Part shown: piece after piece, positions 19,173 to 29,188 of the stretch
Layout of the letters: every line of letters begins with the position of its first letter
Position numbering within the stretch: the stretch's first letter is position 1
Source of the DNA: an uncultured Algibacter sp.
Lineage (GTDB): Bacteria; Bacteroidota; Bacteroidia; Flavobacteriales; Flavobacteriaceae
DNA: 46,222 nt
Direction of reading: 5' to 3'
NCBI GenBank assembly: GCA_937936645.1
Contig: CALHCQ010000008.1
Location: forward strand, 1-46,222
The notes under the pieces: generated by a model
Database searches by the model: none
What the model was told of the DNA's origin: nothing
Seen by the model: only the letters and a program-made list of their open reading frames with translations
Translations under genes and position numbers: made by a program

Positions 19173-20963
19173 TTAGTGATGTAATTCTACTTCACCTTCT
19201 TTCATAGGTTCTGTTTGCATCACATAGTCACTATCATGACCTGGTTTACTATAATCGTAAGCCCAACGGTGAACTTCTGGTAAAGCACCTGGCCAGTTAC
19301 CGTGTATATGCTCTACAGGAGTAGTCCACTCTAAAGTTGTAGATTTCCATGGGTTTTGTGTTGCTTTCTTACCATAGTACATACTAATAAAGAAGTTGTA
19401 TAAGTATATTAATTGCACAACACCACCAAATAAAGCAAATAAAGTAATGATAACATTAACGTTTGCTAAATCATCAAATAATGGAAAATTAGTATTTGTA
19501 TAATAACGTCTTGGTAAACCAGCCATACCTATAAAGTGCATTGGAAAAAATACACCGTAAGCACAAATTGCTGTAATCCAGAAGTGAATATAACCTAAGT
19601 TTTTATTTAACATACGACCATACATTTTTGGGTACCAGTGGTAGATACCAGCAAACATACCATAAAGTGCAGATATACCCATTACTAAGTGGAAGTGAGC
19701 AACAACAAAGTAAGTATCGTGTACATTAATATCTAAGGCACTATCTCCTAATATAATACCAGTAAGACCACCGGTAATAAAAGTAGAAACAAAACCGATA
19801 GAGAATAACATGGCAGGGTTCATCTGTAAATTACCTTTCCATAGTGTCGTAATCCAGTTAAAAGCCTTAACCGCAGATGGGATAGCAATTAACAATGTTG
19901 TAAATGTAAACACCGAACCTAAAAATGGATTCATACCTGATATAAACATGTGGTGACCCCAAACTATAGTAGATAAAAATGCAATAGCTAATATAGAAGT
20001 AATCATGGCACGGTAACCAAATATTGGTTTACGTGAGTTAGATGCCATAATCTCTGACACTAGACCCATAGCTGGTAATATTACAATATATACCTCTGGG
20101 TGACCCAAGAACCAGAATAAGTGTTCGAATAATACAGGAGAACCACCTTGATAATGTAAAACTTCACCTTGTATAAATATATCTGATAAGAAGAATGATG
20201 TACCAAAACTTCTATCCATTACTAATAATAAAGCTGCTGATAGTAATACAGGGAATGAAATAACACCGATAATAGCTGTTACGAAAAACGCCCATATTGT
20301 AAGTGGTAACCTAGTCATAGACATTCCTTTAGTACGTAGGTTTAAAACAGTAACTACATAGTTAAGAGATCCTATTAATGATGATGCAATGAATATTGCC
20401 ATAGATACTAACCACAAAGTCATACCCATACCAGAACCACCTTGAGCCATTGGTAAAGCACTAAGCGGTGGGTAAATAGTCCAACCTGCTGCTGCGGGTC
20501 CAGCTTCTACAAATAATGAAATAATCATTATAACACATGATACAAAAAATAACCAATAAGAAACCATGTTTAAGAAACCAGAAGCCATATCTCTAGCTCC
20601 AATTTGTAATGGAATTAATAAGTTACTAAAAGTACCACTTAATCCAGCCGTTAGTACAAAGAATACCATTATGGTACCGTGTATAGTAACTAATGCTAAA
20701 TATATATCGGCATCCATAACACCGTCTGGTGCCCATTTACCTAATAAAGCTTCAAATAATACGTTAGGCTCTTCTGGCCATGCAATTTGCATACGAAACA
20801 TTAAAGACATTAGGATACCTATAATCCCCATAAAAGTACCAGTAACTAAATACTGTTTAGCAATCATTTTATGATCTTGACTAAAGATGTATTTCGTTAC
20901 AAACGTTTCTTTAGGATGATGTCCGTGATCGTCGTGAGCGTGTGTATCTGCGTGTGCTGACAT
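19173..20963 (-). CDS. ctaD: Cytochrome c oxidase subunit I (A1-type heme-copper oxidase)
   Basis: TIHG, GARDMA (D-path Asp), WFLGHPEVY, WGHH, AVKAFNW (K-path Lys), HDTYFVVAHFH, PRRY. Confidence 0.98.
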   Translation of the reverse strand: MSAHADTHAHDDHGHHPKETFVTKYIFSQDHKMIAKQYLVTGTFMGIIGILMSLMFRMQIAWPEEPNVLFEALLGKWAPDGVMDADIYLALVTIHGTIMVFFVLTAGLSGTFSNLLIPLQIGARDMASGFLNMVSYWLFFVSCVIMIISLFVEAGPAAAGWTIYPPLSALPMAQGGSGMGMTLWLVSMAIFIASSLIGSLNYVVTVLNLRTKGMSMTRLPLTIWAFFVTAIIGVISFPVLLSAALLLVMDRSFGTSFFLSDIFIQGEVLHYQGGSPVLFEHLFWFLGHPEVYIVILPAMGLVSEIMASNSRKPIFGYRAMITSILAIAFLSTIVWGHHMFISGMNPFLGSVFTFTTLLIAIPSAVKAFNWITTLWKGNLQMNPAMLFSIGFVSTFITGGLTGIILGDSALDINVHDTYFVVAHFHLVMGISALYGMFAGIYHWYPKMYGRMLNKNLGYIHFWITAICAYGVFFPMHFIGMAGLPRRYYTNTNFPLFDDLANVNVIITLFALFGGVVQLIYLYNFFISMYYGKKATQNPWKSTTLEWTTPVEHIHGNWPGALPEVHRWAYDYSKPGHDSDYVMQTEPMKEGEVELHH

Positions 20964-20990
20964 AATCTTATATCTTGTTTATCTTTAAAA

Positions 20991-22058
20991 TTAGTTAATT
21001 AGAGAATTTTTAAATTCTTTTTGAGAAGCAATCCAAGCATTGTATTCTTCTTGAGTTTCTACAATAATCTTCATTTGCATATTGTAGTGCGATTTACCAC
21101 ATATTTTATTACATAGTAATAGGTAATCAAACTCATAACGTTCTAGAGCGTCTTCTCCTTTAGCAACTAATAATTTGCTTTTGTTTAATCTTATTTTATT
21201 AATGTTAGAAACCTTATCTACCATATCAGGGTTTTGGCGCATCTCGGCAGTAGTAACTGTTGGTGTGAAACCAAATTGAGTAATCATACCAGGAACACAG
21301 TTCATTTGAGCTCTAAAGTGAGGCATATAAGCTGAGTGTAGTACATCTTGAGATCTCATTTTAAATAAAACAGGCTTACCTACTGGTAAATGTAGCTCTG
21401 TTGTAATGATATCATCTTGAGCATTAGGATCGGCTTCATCTAAACCAAGGATGTTAGCTCTATCAATATCAATTAATCTTACATTGGCTTTACCTAAAGT
21501 GTTATCTGTACCAGAGTATCTAGCTTTCCAGTTAAACTGTTGTGCATATAATTCTATAACTAAAGGATCTTCAGTTTCATCTACACTGGTAATATTTATC
21601 CAAGTGTTTAATCCGTAAATAATTAAACCAGCTAATACAATTACAGGTATAATTGTCCAGATAAACTCTAATTTATTATTATCTGCAAAGAATAAAGCTT
21701 TCTTACCTTTTTCACCTTTATATTTAAAGGCAAAATAGTGTAATAAAAACTGCGTTAATGTCTGTACAAAAAAGATAAGAACCATAGAAATGGCCATTAA
21801 ATTATCTATTGTAGGTCCATGAGCAGATGCCGAATTAGACATTAAAGGTAAATCGCCCCATTTAGCAAAAGACACAATTGTAATGATGTATATAAAAGCT
21901 AGGAAGCCCATCATTAAATAGCCGTTAAGCGTATTATCTTTGTCTGTTGCAACTTGAGAATTATCAGATTTAGCCTGGGCTAAGTCAAAAATCTTTACCA
22001 TTTGCCAGATAGCAACTGATATAAATACTAAAACTATAATTGTTAATAAAGTAGTCAT
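20991..22058 (-). CDS. ctaC: Cytochrome c oxidase subunit II (CuA; no fused cytochrome c)
   Basis: LEFIWT, QQFNW, DVLHS, CNKICGKSHYNM CuA ligands; no CxxCH. Confidence 0.96.
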   Translation of the reverse strand: MTTLLTIIVLVFISVAIWQMVKIFDLAQAKSDNSQVATDKDNTLNGYLMMGFLAFIYIITIVSFAKWGDLPLMSNSASAHGPTIDNLMAISMVLIFFVQTLTQFLLHYFAFKYKGEKGKKALFFADNNKLEFIWTIIPVIVLAGLIIYGLNTWINITSVDETEDPLVIELYAQQFNWKARYSGTDNTLGKANVRLIDIDRANILGLDEADPNAQDDIITTELHLPVGKPVLFKMRSQDVLHSAYMPHFRAQMNCVPGMITQFGFTPTVTTAEMRQNPDMVDKVSNINKIRLNKSKLLVAKGEDALERYEFDYLLLCNKICGKSHYNMQMKIIVETQEEYNAWIASQKEFKNSLIN

Positions 22059-22087
22059 TGTTGTCTTTATTCTTTATTTATATATTA

Positions 22088-23437
22088 TTAATAATGGAAA
22101 TCTTCACTTTCTTTCATGAAAGGATTTCCTTTAGATAGTAATGGCGCTTTGGTTAAAGCAGTAAATACTACAAAAATAAATAAACCAGCAAATAATAATA
22201 CAGATGCAATTTCTGGAATTCCAATAAACCATCTATCTCCTACAGTAGCTGGCATAATCATATTAAATATATCTAAGTAGTGACCAATTAAGATAACAAC
22301 ACCCGTCATTACAATAAACCAAGGAATACGTTTGTAATCTGCGTTCATTAACATAAGAACAGGGAAAAGGAAGTTTAATACAACCATACCAAAGAAGGTG
22401 ATATTATAATCTTCAATTCTTGTTATAAAGTAAGTAACTTCTTCTGGAATATTAGAATACCAAATTAACATAAATTGAGAAAACCATAAGTATGTCCAGA
22501 AAATACTAATTGCAAACATGAATTTAGCAACATCGTGTAAATGGTTAGCATTTACAAACTCTAAATAACCTTTAGATTTTAAGTATATTGTAATTAAAGA
22601 TATAACTGTAATACCACTAACAAACATACTAGCAAAAACATACCAGCCAAATAAAGTAGAGAACCAGTGTGGATCTACACTCATAATCCAATCCCAAGAC
22701 ATCATAGATTCAGAGTATAAAAAGAATACTAAGAAACCAGCTGAAATACGGAATGTTTTAATGTAATTTTTATTATCATCAGACTCGTCTTGAGCCTTTG
22801 TGAATTTTCTAGAAAAATGACGATAAGCGAACCAACCTGCAATAAATATTAAACCACGAATTGCAAATCCTGTTTTATTTAACCATCCTGATTTACCTTG
22901 AATCAAAGCATCATGAGCGACAACTTCTGGATCCATCCATATAAAGATATGCTTTCCAGCAAAAAGTGCGATGGCTAGAACAATTAAAGCACCTGGTAAA
23001 AGGTATGCTGTAATCCCTTCCATAACTCTAAAAAGAACTGGAGACCAACCTGCTTGAGACGCAAATTGAAGTGCATAGAACGCTAAAACACCTAAGGCAA
23101 TCATCATAAAGAAGAAAGCTGCAACATATAAAGCAGACCATGGTCTGTTATGAATTTGATGCATAACATGCTCTGCATGAGCATCACCATGGTGAGCAGA
23201 TGCTTCATGACCATGTGCACTTTCGTGACCATGTGAAGCTTTAGCTGGATGATTATTGTGATCTACCGCATGACTATCTCCATGACCTGAGCCATGATGA
23301 GATGCTTCTTCCGATAACATTAACTTGACGTCCTCTAAAGATTTATGAGATGTCATAAAACCATATCCTACACCTAATGCTCCTAAGATCATTAGAATAA
23401 AAGAAAATGTCTTTAATTTATTTGAAAATTTGTACAT
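22088..23437 (-). CDS. actF: Alternative complex III subunit ActF
   Basis: Polytopic membrane protein with DWIMSVDPHWFSTLFG and QFMLIWYSNIPEE; sixth gene of the act cluster. Confidence 0.92.
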   Translation of the reverse strand: MYKFSNKLKTFSFILMILGALGVGYGFMTSHKSLEDVKLMLSEEASHHGSGHGDSHAVDHNNHPAKASHGHESAHGHEASAHHGDAHAEHVMHQIHNRPWSALYVAAFFFMMIALGVLAFYALQFASQAGWSPVLFRVMEGITAYLLPGALIVLAIALFAGKHIFIWMDPEVVAHDALIQGKSGWLNKTGFAIRGLIFIAGWFAYRHFSRKFTKAQDESDDNKNYIKTFRISAGFLVFFLYSESMMSWDWIMSVDPHWFSTLFGWYVFASMFVSGITVISLITIYLKSKGYLEFVNANHLHDVAKFMFAISIFWTYLWFSQFMLIWYSNIPEEVTYFITRIEDYNITFFGMVVLNFLFPVLMLMNADYKRIPWFIVMTGVVILIGHYLDIFNMIMPATVGDRWFIGIPEIASVLLFAGLFIFVVFTALTKAPLLSKGNPFMKESEDFHY

Positions 23438-23450
23438 ATCTAATATAATC

Positions 23451-24008
23451 TTACTTTTCTAAATCTGCTTTTAACTTTAATACGTATGATACAACTTGCC
23501 AACGTTCGTTTTCATTGAGTTGGTTAGCATAAGAACCCATAGCATTTTTACCATAATAAATAGTATGATAAATACTTCCTGCATTAATAGCTCTTCCTGC
23601 ATCATCATAACTAGGTATACCTAAGATTTTTTCTCTCTTAACTAAGTTACCTTTACCATTACCTTTATTACCATGACAAATACCACAGTAAATTTCATAT
23701 AAGGCTTTTCCTTTTTTTAAGTCTACCTCACCTGGCTTTAATGGCGATTTAAGTGTCGCTTTAGCTAAGTTATATCCATCTGTAGAATTTTCGATATCAA
23801 AAGGCACGTAACCTCTAGGTATGGTTCCTTCTACAGGAGTTCTTGCTTCCATGCCATTCTCAAATAAATCGTTTTCACTATACGACTCATACCCTACAGA
23901 TTCGTACATGTTAGGCATGTATTGATAATTTGGCTTGCTATCATTTTTACATGATACAATGGTTAATAAGACCATTGTTATGACTGATATTTTAATTAAG
24001 CTCTTCAT
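23451..24008 (-). CDS. actE: Alternative complex III subunit ActE (monoheme cytochrome c lipoprotein)
   Basis: Lipobox TIVSC, YMPNM, CGICH, distal Met in AMGSY. Start moved to ATG 24008. Confidence 0.92.
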   Translation of the reverse strand: MKSLIKISVITMVLLTIVSCKNDSKPNYQYMPNMYESVGYESYSENDLFENGMEARTPVEGTIPRGYVPFDIENSTDGYNLAKATLKSPLKPGEVDLKKGKALYEIYCGICHGNKGNGKGNLVKREKILGIPSYDDAGRAINAGSIYHTIYYGKNAMGSYANQLNENERWQVVSYVLKLKADLEK

Positions 24009-24015
24009 CTTTATC

Positions 24016-24546
24016 TTAATGTGCTTTATCAATTAAATTAATCTCAACGGCACCTGTACCTTTAAGTAGCGTTTCAAGTTCCTCTTCGTTATCATTAACA
24101 GCGATTTCCATTAAAAAATGATCATCAGTTGTTCTTACATCTGGGTTCTCTGCTTCTTTAAAAGGCCACATTCTACTGCGTAAGTAAAAGGTAATAACCA
24201 TTAAGTGAGCGGCAAAGAAAACCGTTAATTCAAACATAATTGGAATGAATGATGGTAAGTTTTCTATATAACTAAAACTTGGTTTACCACCAATATCTTG
24301 TGGCCAGTCTTCAATCATAATGAAATTCATCATTGTAACAGCAACTGTTAAACCTACTAGTCCGTACATGAATGCAGTAATTGCAATACGTGTTGGTGCT
24401 AATCCCATAGCCTTGTCTAGTCCGTGAACTGGAAAAGGGGTGTATATTTCCTCGATATGAAAACGCTTAGCTTTTACTGCTTTAACAGCAGACATTAAAA
24501 CGTCATCATCGGTATAAATAGCGTGAATTACTTTTGAAGCTTCCAT
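24016..24546 (-). CDS. actD: Alternative complex III subunit ActD (DUF3341)
   Basis: YTPFPVHGLD, DIGGKP, FIPIMFELTV. Confidence 0.93.
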   Translation of the reverse strand: MEASKVIHAIYTDDDVLMSAVKAVKAKRFHIEEIYTPFPVHGLDKAMGLAPTRIAITAFMYGLVGLTVAVTMMNFIMIEDWPQDIGGKPSFSYIENLPSFIPIMFELTVFFAAHLMVITFYLRSRMWPFKEAENPDVRTTDDHFLMEIAVNDNEEELETLLKGTGAVEINLIDKAH

Positions 24547-24555
24547 ATGCTACTT

Positions 24556-26007
24556 TTAGTTTTTTGATTCTTGATTATTAACTCCAGATGTTCTAGCATC
24601 TGCACCAGTTCCAGATAAACTTTCGCCAGCTTCTCTAATTCTTTTGTAACGTTCTCCAGACGATTTTAAAATAGTCTTAACCTCTGCCTGTGCAATTACA
24701 GGGAATGTTCTAGAGTAAAGTAAAAACAATACAAAGAAGAAGCCTATAGTACCAATAAAGATACCGATGTCTACGAATGTAGGCGAGAACATTGTCCATG
24801 ATGATGGTAAGTAATCACGGTGTAACGATGTTACGATAATTACAAAACGCTCAAACCACATTCCAATGTTTACTACAATAGATATGAAGAAAGAGAACAT
24901 GATACTTGTTCTTAACTTTTTTGACCACATAAATTGTGGAGAGAATACATTACAAGTCATCATAGCCCAGTATGCCCACCAGTAAGGCCCTGTCGCTCTG
25001 TTTAAGAAAGCGTACTGCTCATATTCTACACCAGAATACCATGCTATAAAAAGCTCTGTGATGTATGCTACACCTACAATAGAACCCGTAATCATGATAA
25101 CGATGTTCATTAACTCAATATGTTGAACAGTAATATATGCTTCTAAATTAACAACCTTTCTCATTATAATAAGAAGTGTGTTTACCATAGCAAAACCAGA
25201 AAATACAGCCCCTGCAACAAAGTAAGGAGGAAATATCGTAGTATGCCATCCTGGTATAACAGATGTTGCAAAATCAAAAGATACAATGGTGTGTACAGAA
25301 AGTACAAGTGGTGTAGCTAAACCAGCTAAAACCAAAGATACTTCTTCGAAACGTTGCCAATCTTTAGCTCTACCAGACCATCCAAAACTTAATAAAGCAT
25401 AGATTTTCTTTTGAAAAGGTTTTACAGCACGATCTCTAAGCATTGCAAAATCTGGAAGTAAACCTGTCCACCAGAAAACTAGTGATACAGATAAATATGT
25501 AGATATTGCAAATACATCCCAAAGTAATGGTGAGTTAAAGTTAACCCATAATGATCCAAATTGATTTGGTATAGGTAAAACCCAGTAAGCTAACCATGGT
25601 CTTCCCATGTGTATAATAGGAAATAAACCGGCTTGCACAACAGAGAAAATTGTCATAGCCTCTGCAGACCTGTTAATTGCCATTCTCCATTTTTGACGGA
25701 ACAGTAAAAGTACTGCAGATATAAGTGTACCTGCGTGACCAATACCAACCCACCAAACGAAGTTAGTAATATCCCAAGCCCAACCTACGGTCTTGTTTAA
25801 ACCCCAAGTACCGATACCTGTTGTTATAGTGTAAAGTATACATCCAATTCCCCACAGGAAAGCTGCAATTGCAATTGTAAAAACAATCCACCATTGCTTA
25901 TTCGCTTTTCCTTCTACAGGTTTTGCCACATCTACAGTAACGTCGTGATATGATTTTTCTCCTGTAACTAAAGGTCTTCTAATAGGTGCTTCGTAATGAG
26001 ACGCCAT
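24556..26007 (-). CDS. actC: Alternative complex III subunit ActC (NrfD/PsrC family)
   Basis: FVWWVGIGHAGTLISA, RSAEAMT, HMGRPW, SPLLWD, WFERF. Confidence 0.95.
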   Translation of the reverse strand: MASHYEAPIRRPLVTGEKSYHDVTVDVAKPVEGKANKQWWIVFTIAIAAFLWGIGCILYTITTGIGTWGLNKTVGWAWDITNFVWWVGIGHAGTLISAVLLLFRQKWRMAINRSAEAMTIFSVVQAGLFPIIHMGRPWLAYWVLPIPNQFGSLWVNFNSPLLWDVFAISTYLSVSLVFWWTGLLPDFAMLRDRAVKPFQKKIYALLSFGWSGRAKDWQRFEEVSLVLAGLATPLVLSVHTIVSFDFATSVIPGWHTTIFPPYFVAGAVFSGFAMVNTLLIIMRKVVNLEAYITVQHIELMNIVIMITGSIVGVAYITELFIAWYSGVEYEQYAFLNRATGPYWWAYWAMMTCNVFSPQFMWSKKLRTSIMFSFFISIVVNIGMWFERFVIIVTSLHRDYLPSSWTMFSPTFVDIGIFIGTIGFFFVLFLLYSRTFPVIAQAEVKTILKSSGERYKRIREAGESLSGTGADARTSGVNNQESKN

Positions 26008-26034
26008 AATTATATAATTGATTCTTTAATTAAT

Positions 26035-29000
26035 TTATGCTTCAGTTGTATTTCTCACTTTTGTTTGATAGATCACATTAGGTTTTGTTCCTACATGTTC
26101 TAACAAGTGATACATACGATTATCTTCTTTAAGTTTAGCTACTTTGCTTTCCTTATCATTGATGTCTCCAAATACCATGGCACCATTATTACATGCTGCT
26201 GAACAAGCTGTTTGGAACTCACCATCCTTTATAACTCTACCATCACGTTTTGCATCTAGAATAGTTTTTTGTGTTTTTTGAATACACAGAGAACATTTTT
26301 CCATGACACCACGAGAGCGAACTACAACATCTGGGTTTAACACCATACGTCCTAAGTCATCATTCATATGGTAATCGAACTCATCATTACCATTGTATAA
26401 GAACCAGTTAAAACGACGTACTTTATATGGGCAGTTATTTGCACAGTATCTAGTACCTACACAACGGTTATAAGCCATATGGTTTTGACCTTGTTTACCA
26501 TGTGATGTAGCTGCTACTGGACAAACTGTTTCACAAGGTGCGTGATTACAGTGTTGACACATTACAGGTTGGAATGCTACTTGTGGGTTAGCAGATGCAT
26601 TTTCCATCTCACCAAACTCACTTAAAGAACTTCCTAAACCTGAGATATTTTCTTTTTTCTTATTATCGTTTTCAAAAGAAGTTTCAGAAGAATAATATCT
26701 ATCAATACGCAACCAGTGCATATCTCTACTCTTTCTCACTTCATTTTTACCAACAACAGGAACATTATTTTCAGCATGACAAGCTATAACACAAGAGCCA
26801 CAACCAGTACAAGCATTTAAATCTATAGATAGATTAAAATGATGCCCTATAGAACGATCAAACTCATCCCATAAATCAACCTCTGGAGACGTAACAGGTG
26901 TCTCTTGGTGATTTAAAGATACTACAGGAACGGCGTTCCAGTGTTTTTTATCGTTAGTATTAAATATCTCTAAAGTCGTTTCTTTAATAATATCGCCACG
27001 TCCCATAAGCGTATTATGCAACTGCACAGATGCAAACTTATGCTCACCTTCTGCAGGTGTGATACTAACGTTTTGTACTTTATTAAAGTTATTATATAAT
27101 GCATAAGCGTTAACGCCTGTTTGCATTTCTTCTTTTAATCCTAGTGTTTTACCGTAACCTAATGCTAAACCAACAGATCCTTTTGCTTGTCCTGGCTGTA
27201 ACATAACAGGAACTTTTAAACTCACACCGTTAACAGTAATGTTTGCATAACTTCCGTTTAATGCACCATCTGCAACGTGTTTGTTCATTAAGCCTAACGC
27301 ATCAGCATCAGCTTTAGATATGGTTAGGTAATTATCCCAAGACGTTCTTGTAATTGGATCTGGAAACTCTTGCAACCATGGGTTATTGGCCTGTTGACCA
27401 TCTCCCATACCTGTTTTAGTATACAACGTTAACTCGAAACCTTTTGCTGATTTCACAGAGTTTAATAATGCATTTGCGGCATTACTTGCAGGTGCTTCTG
27501 TTTCTAAATTTTCCGAAGTCGTATTTTCGCTAGTAATATTACCAACAAACACACCATCGTGTAAAGCTGTATTAAATGAACTGCCACCTAATATAGTAGA
27601 ACCCCAAGTAGACTTAATAAAATCGTGATAAGAAACGTCGCTCCCTACCCATTTTAATAAAGTGTCTTGAAATTGTCTTGTATCAAATAAAGGTCTAATT
27701 GTAGGCTGTGTTAAGGCATAGTGACCTTTTTTAAGCTCTACATCGCCCCATGACTCTAAATAATGTGGTGCAGCTGCTAAATATTGTGTTTGCGAAGCTG
27801 TTTCATCTGCCTTTAAAGAAAAAGCAATAGATAAACTTACCTTTTTTAATCCTTCAGAAAAATCAGTAGCATTAGAAAGTGTGTAAATAGGATTTACACC
27901 ATTCATAATTAAAGCTCCAATTTTACCCGCTTTCATATCGGCAACTAAACGAGCAACTTCTTTATCGCTACCCTGTCTTGTTTTAACAGGTGTAGAAGGA
28001 TTAAAAGCATGACTATTTAAAGCCGCATTAATCTCTAACACTAAAGTTTGAGCATTAACATCTTGTATTCCTGAAACTAAAACACCTTTACTTCCCGCTT
28101 TCTTAAGTTGAATAGCAGCGCTTTTAACAGCAGCTTCTATAGTTTCTGGTAATTTTTGATTCACAAAACCACCAACAATATAACTATGTAATTTAGCTAA
28201 AGCTATTTTTTGTTCGCTAGGCTTTAATGGCACGCGCTTATCTGCGTTAGCACCACTTAAAGTCATATTAGACTCGAACTGTACGTGGCGAGACATTTTT
28301 CCGTGATCTGGAATTCTATTTTTAGAATAACCTGAATCAAAACCTCCACCTTGCCAATCTCCTAAGAAATCTGCTCCTACAGACACAATGGTCATAGCCT
28401 TAGAGAAATCGTAATTCGCTAATGCACGTTCGCCATATTTTGCTTGATAAGCATCTAATGCTGCAGACTCTGAAACAGAATCATAAACAACATGACGCAC
28501 ATTACCGTATTTCTCTTTAAACTGAGAAATTAATTTACTTGTAGATGGACTAGCAAAAGTTTGTGTAAGTAACACAATGTCTTTACTACCGCCTTTTAAA
28601 GCATCTAAAGCTTTTGATGTTTCTGCATCAAAAGTACTCCAAGATATAGCTTCACCAGCTTTACTAGGTCCTTGAGCTCTTAAACTGTCGTACAATCCTA
28701 AAACCGAAGCATTAACTCTAGCATTTGCACTACCATTGGTAGCTGCCATAGTATTATTTTCAATTTTAATTGGACGACCCTCACGAGTTTTTACCAAAAC
28801 ACTTGCGAAATCGAAACCATTTGCAATAGTTGTTGCATAATAGTTTGCAACACCAGGAATTATTTCATCTGGCTGTACTACATAAGGGATCGACTTAACT
28901 ACAGGTCCTTCACAGGCAGCAAGAGATGCCGCTGCTGTACTAAAACCAACGTATTTTAAGAAATCGCGACGCGTTGTAGTTGATGCCTCTAATGTATCTT

Positions 29001-29124
29001 TATCACCTAAAAACTCATCAGTTGGAATTTGTTCTACAAACTCGTTTTGTTTTAGCGTCTCAACAATAGAGCTATTCTCGTTTAGCTCTTCAACACTTTT
29101 CCAGTATTTCTTGTTTGATGACAT
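26035..29124 (-). CDS. actB: Alternative complex III subunit ActB (Tat lipoprotein; molybdopterin-oxidoreductase-like plus Fe-S domain)
   Basis: YWKS N-terminus, RRDFLK..LAAC Tat lipobox, CTGCGSCVIAC, CQHC..PCETVCP, CVGTRYCANNCP, CSLC..CSAAC. Confidence 0.95.
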   Translation of the reverse strand: MSSNKKYWKSVEELNENSSIVETLKQNEFVEQIPTDEFLGDKDTLEASTTTRRDFLKYVGFSTAAASLAACEGPVVKSIPYVVQPDEIIPGVANYYATTIANGFDFASVLVKTREGRPIKIENNTMAATNGSANARVNASVLGLYDSLRAQGPSKAGEAISWSTFDAETSKALDALKGGSKDIVLLTQTFASPSTSKLISQFKEKYGNVRHVVYDSVSESAALDAYQAKYGERALANYDFSKAMTIVSVGADFLGDWQGGGFDSGYSKNRIPDHGKMSRHVQFESNMTLSGANADKRVPLKPSEQKIALAKLHSYIVGGFVNQKLPETIEAAVKSAAIQLKKAGSKGVLVSGIQDVNAQTLVLEINAALNSHAFNPSTPVKTRQGSDKEVARLVADMKAGKIGALIMNGVNPIYTLSNATDFSEGLKKVSLSIAFSLKADETASQTQYLAAAPHYLESWGDVELKKGHYALTQPTIRPLFDTRQFQDTLLKWVGSDVSYHDFIKSTWGSTILGGSSFNTALHDGVFVGNITSENTTSENLETEAPASNAANALLNSVKSAKGFELTLYTKTGMGDGQQANNPWLQEFPDPITRTSWDNYLTISKADADALGLMNKHVADGALNGSYANITVNGVSLKVPVMLQPGQAKGSVGLALGYGKTLGLKEEMQTGVNAYALYNNFNKVQNVSITPAEGEHKFASVQLHNTLMGRGDIIKETTLEIFNTNDKKHWNAVPVVSLNHQETPVTSPEVDLWDEFDRSIGHHFNLSIDLNACTGCGSCVIACHAENNVPVVGKNEVRKSRDMHWLRIDRYYSSETSFENDNKKKENISGLGSSLSEFGEMENASANPQVAFQPVMCQHCNHAPCETVCPVAATSHGKQGQNHMAYNRCVGTRYCANNCPYKVRRFNWFLYNGNDEFDYHMNDDLGRMVLNPDVVVRSRGVMEKCSLCIQKTQKTILDAKRDGRVIKDGEFQTACSAACNNGAMVFGDINDKESKVAKLKEDNRMYHLLEHVGTKPNVIYQTKVRNTTEA

Positions 29125-29188
29125 ATTATATAATTGAATTACTTCTTATTTTTCTTTTTAAAACTACTTAATCTTAACATTGAATGTA

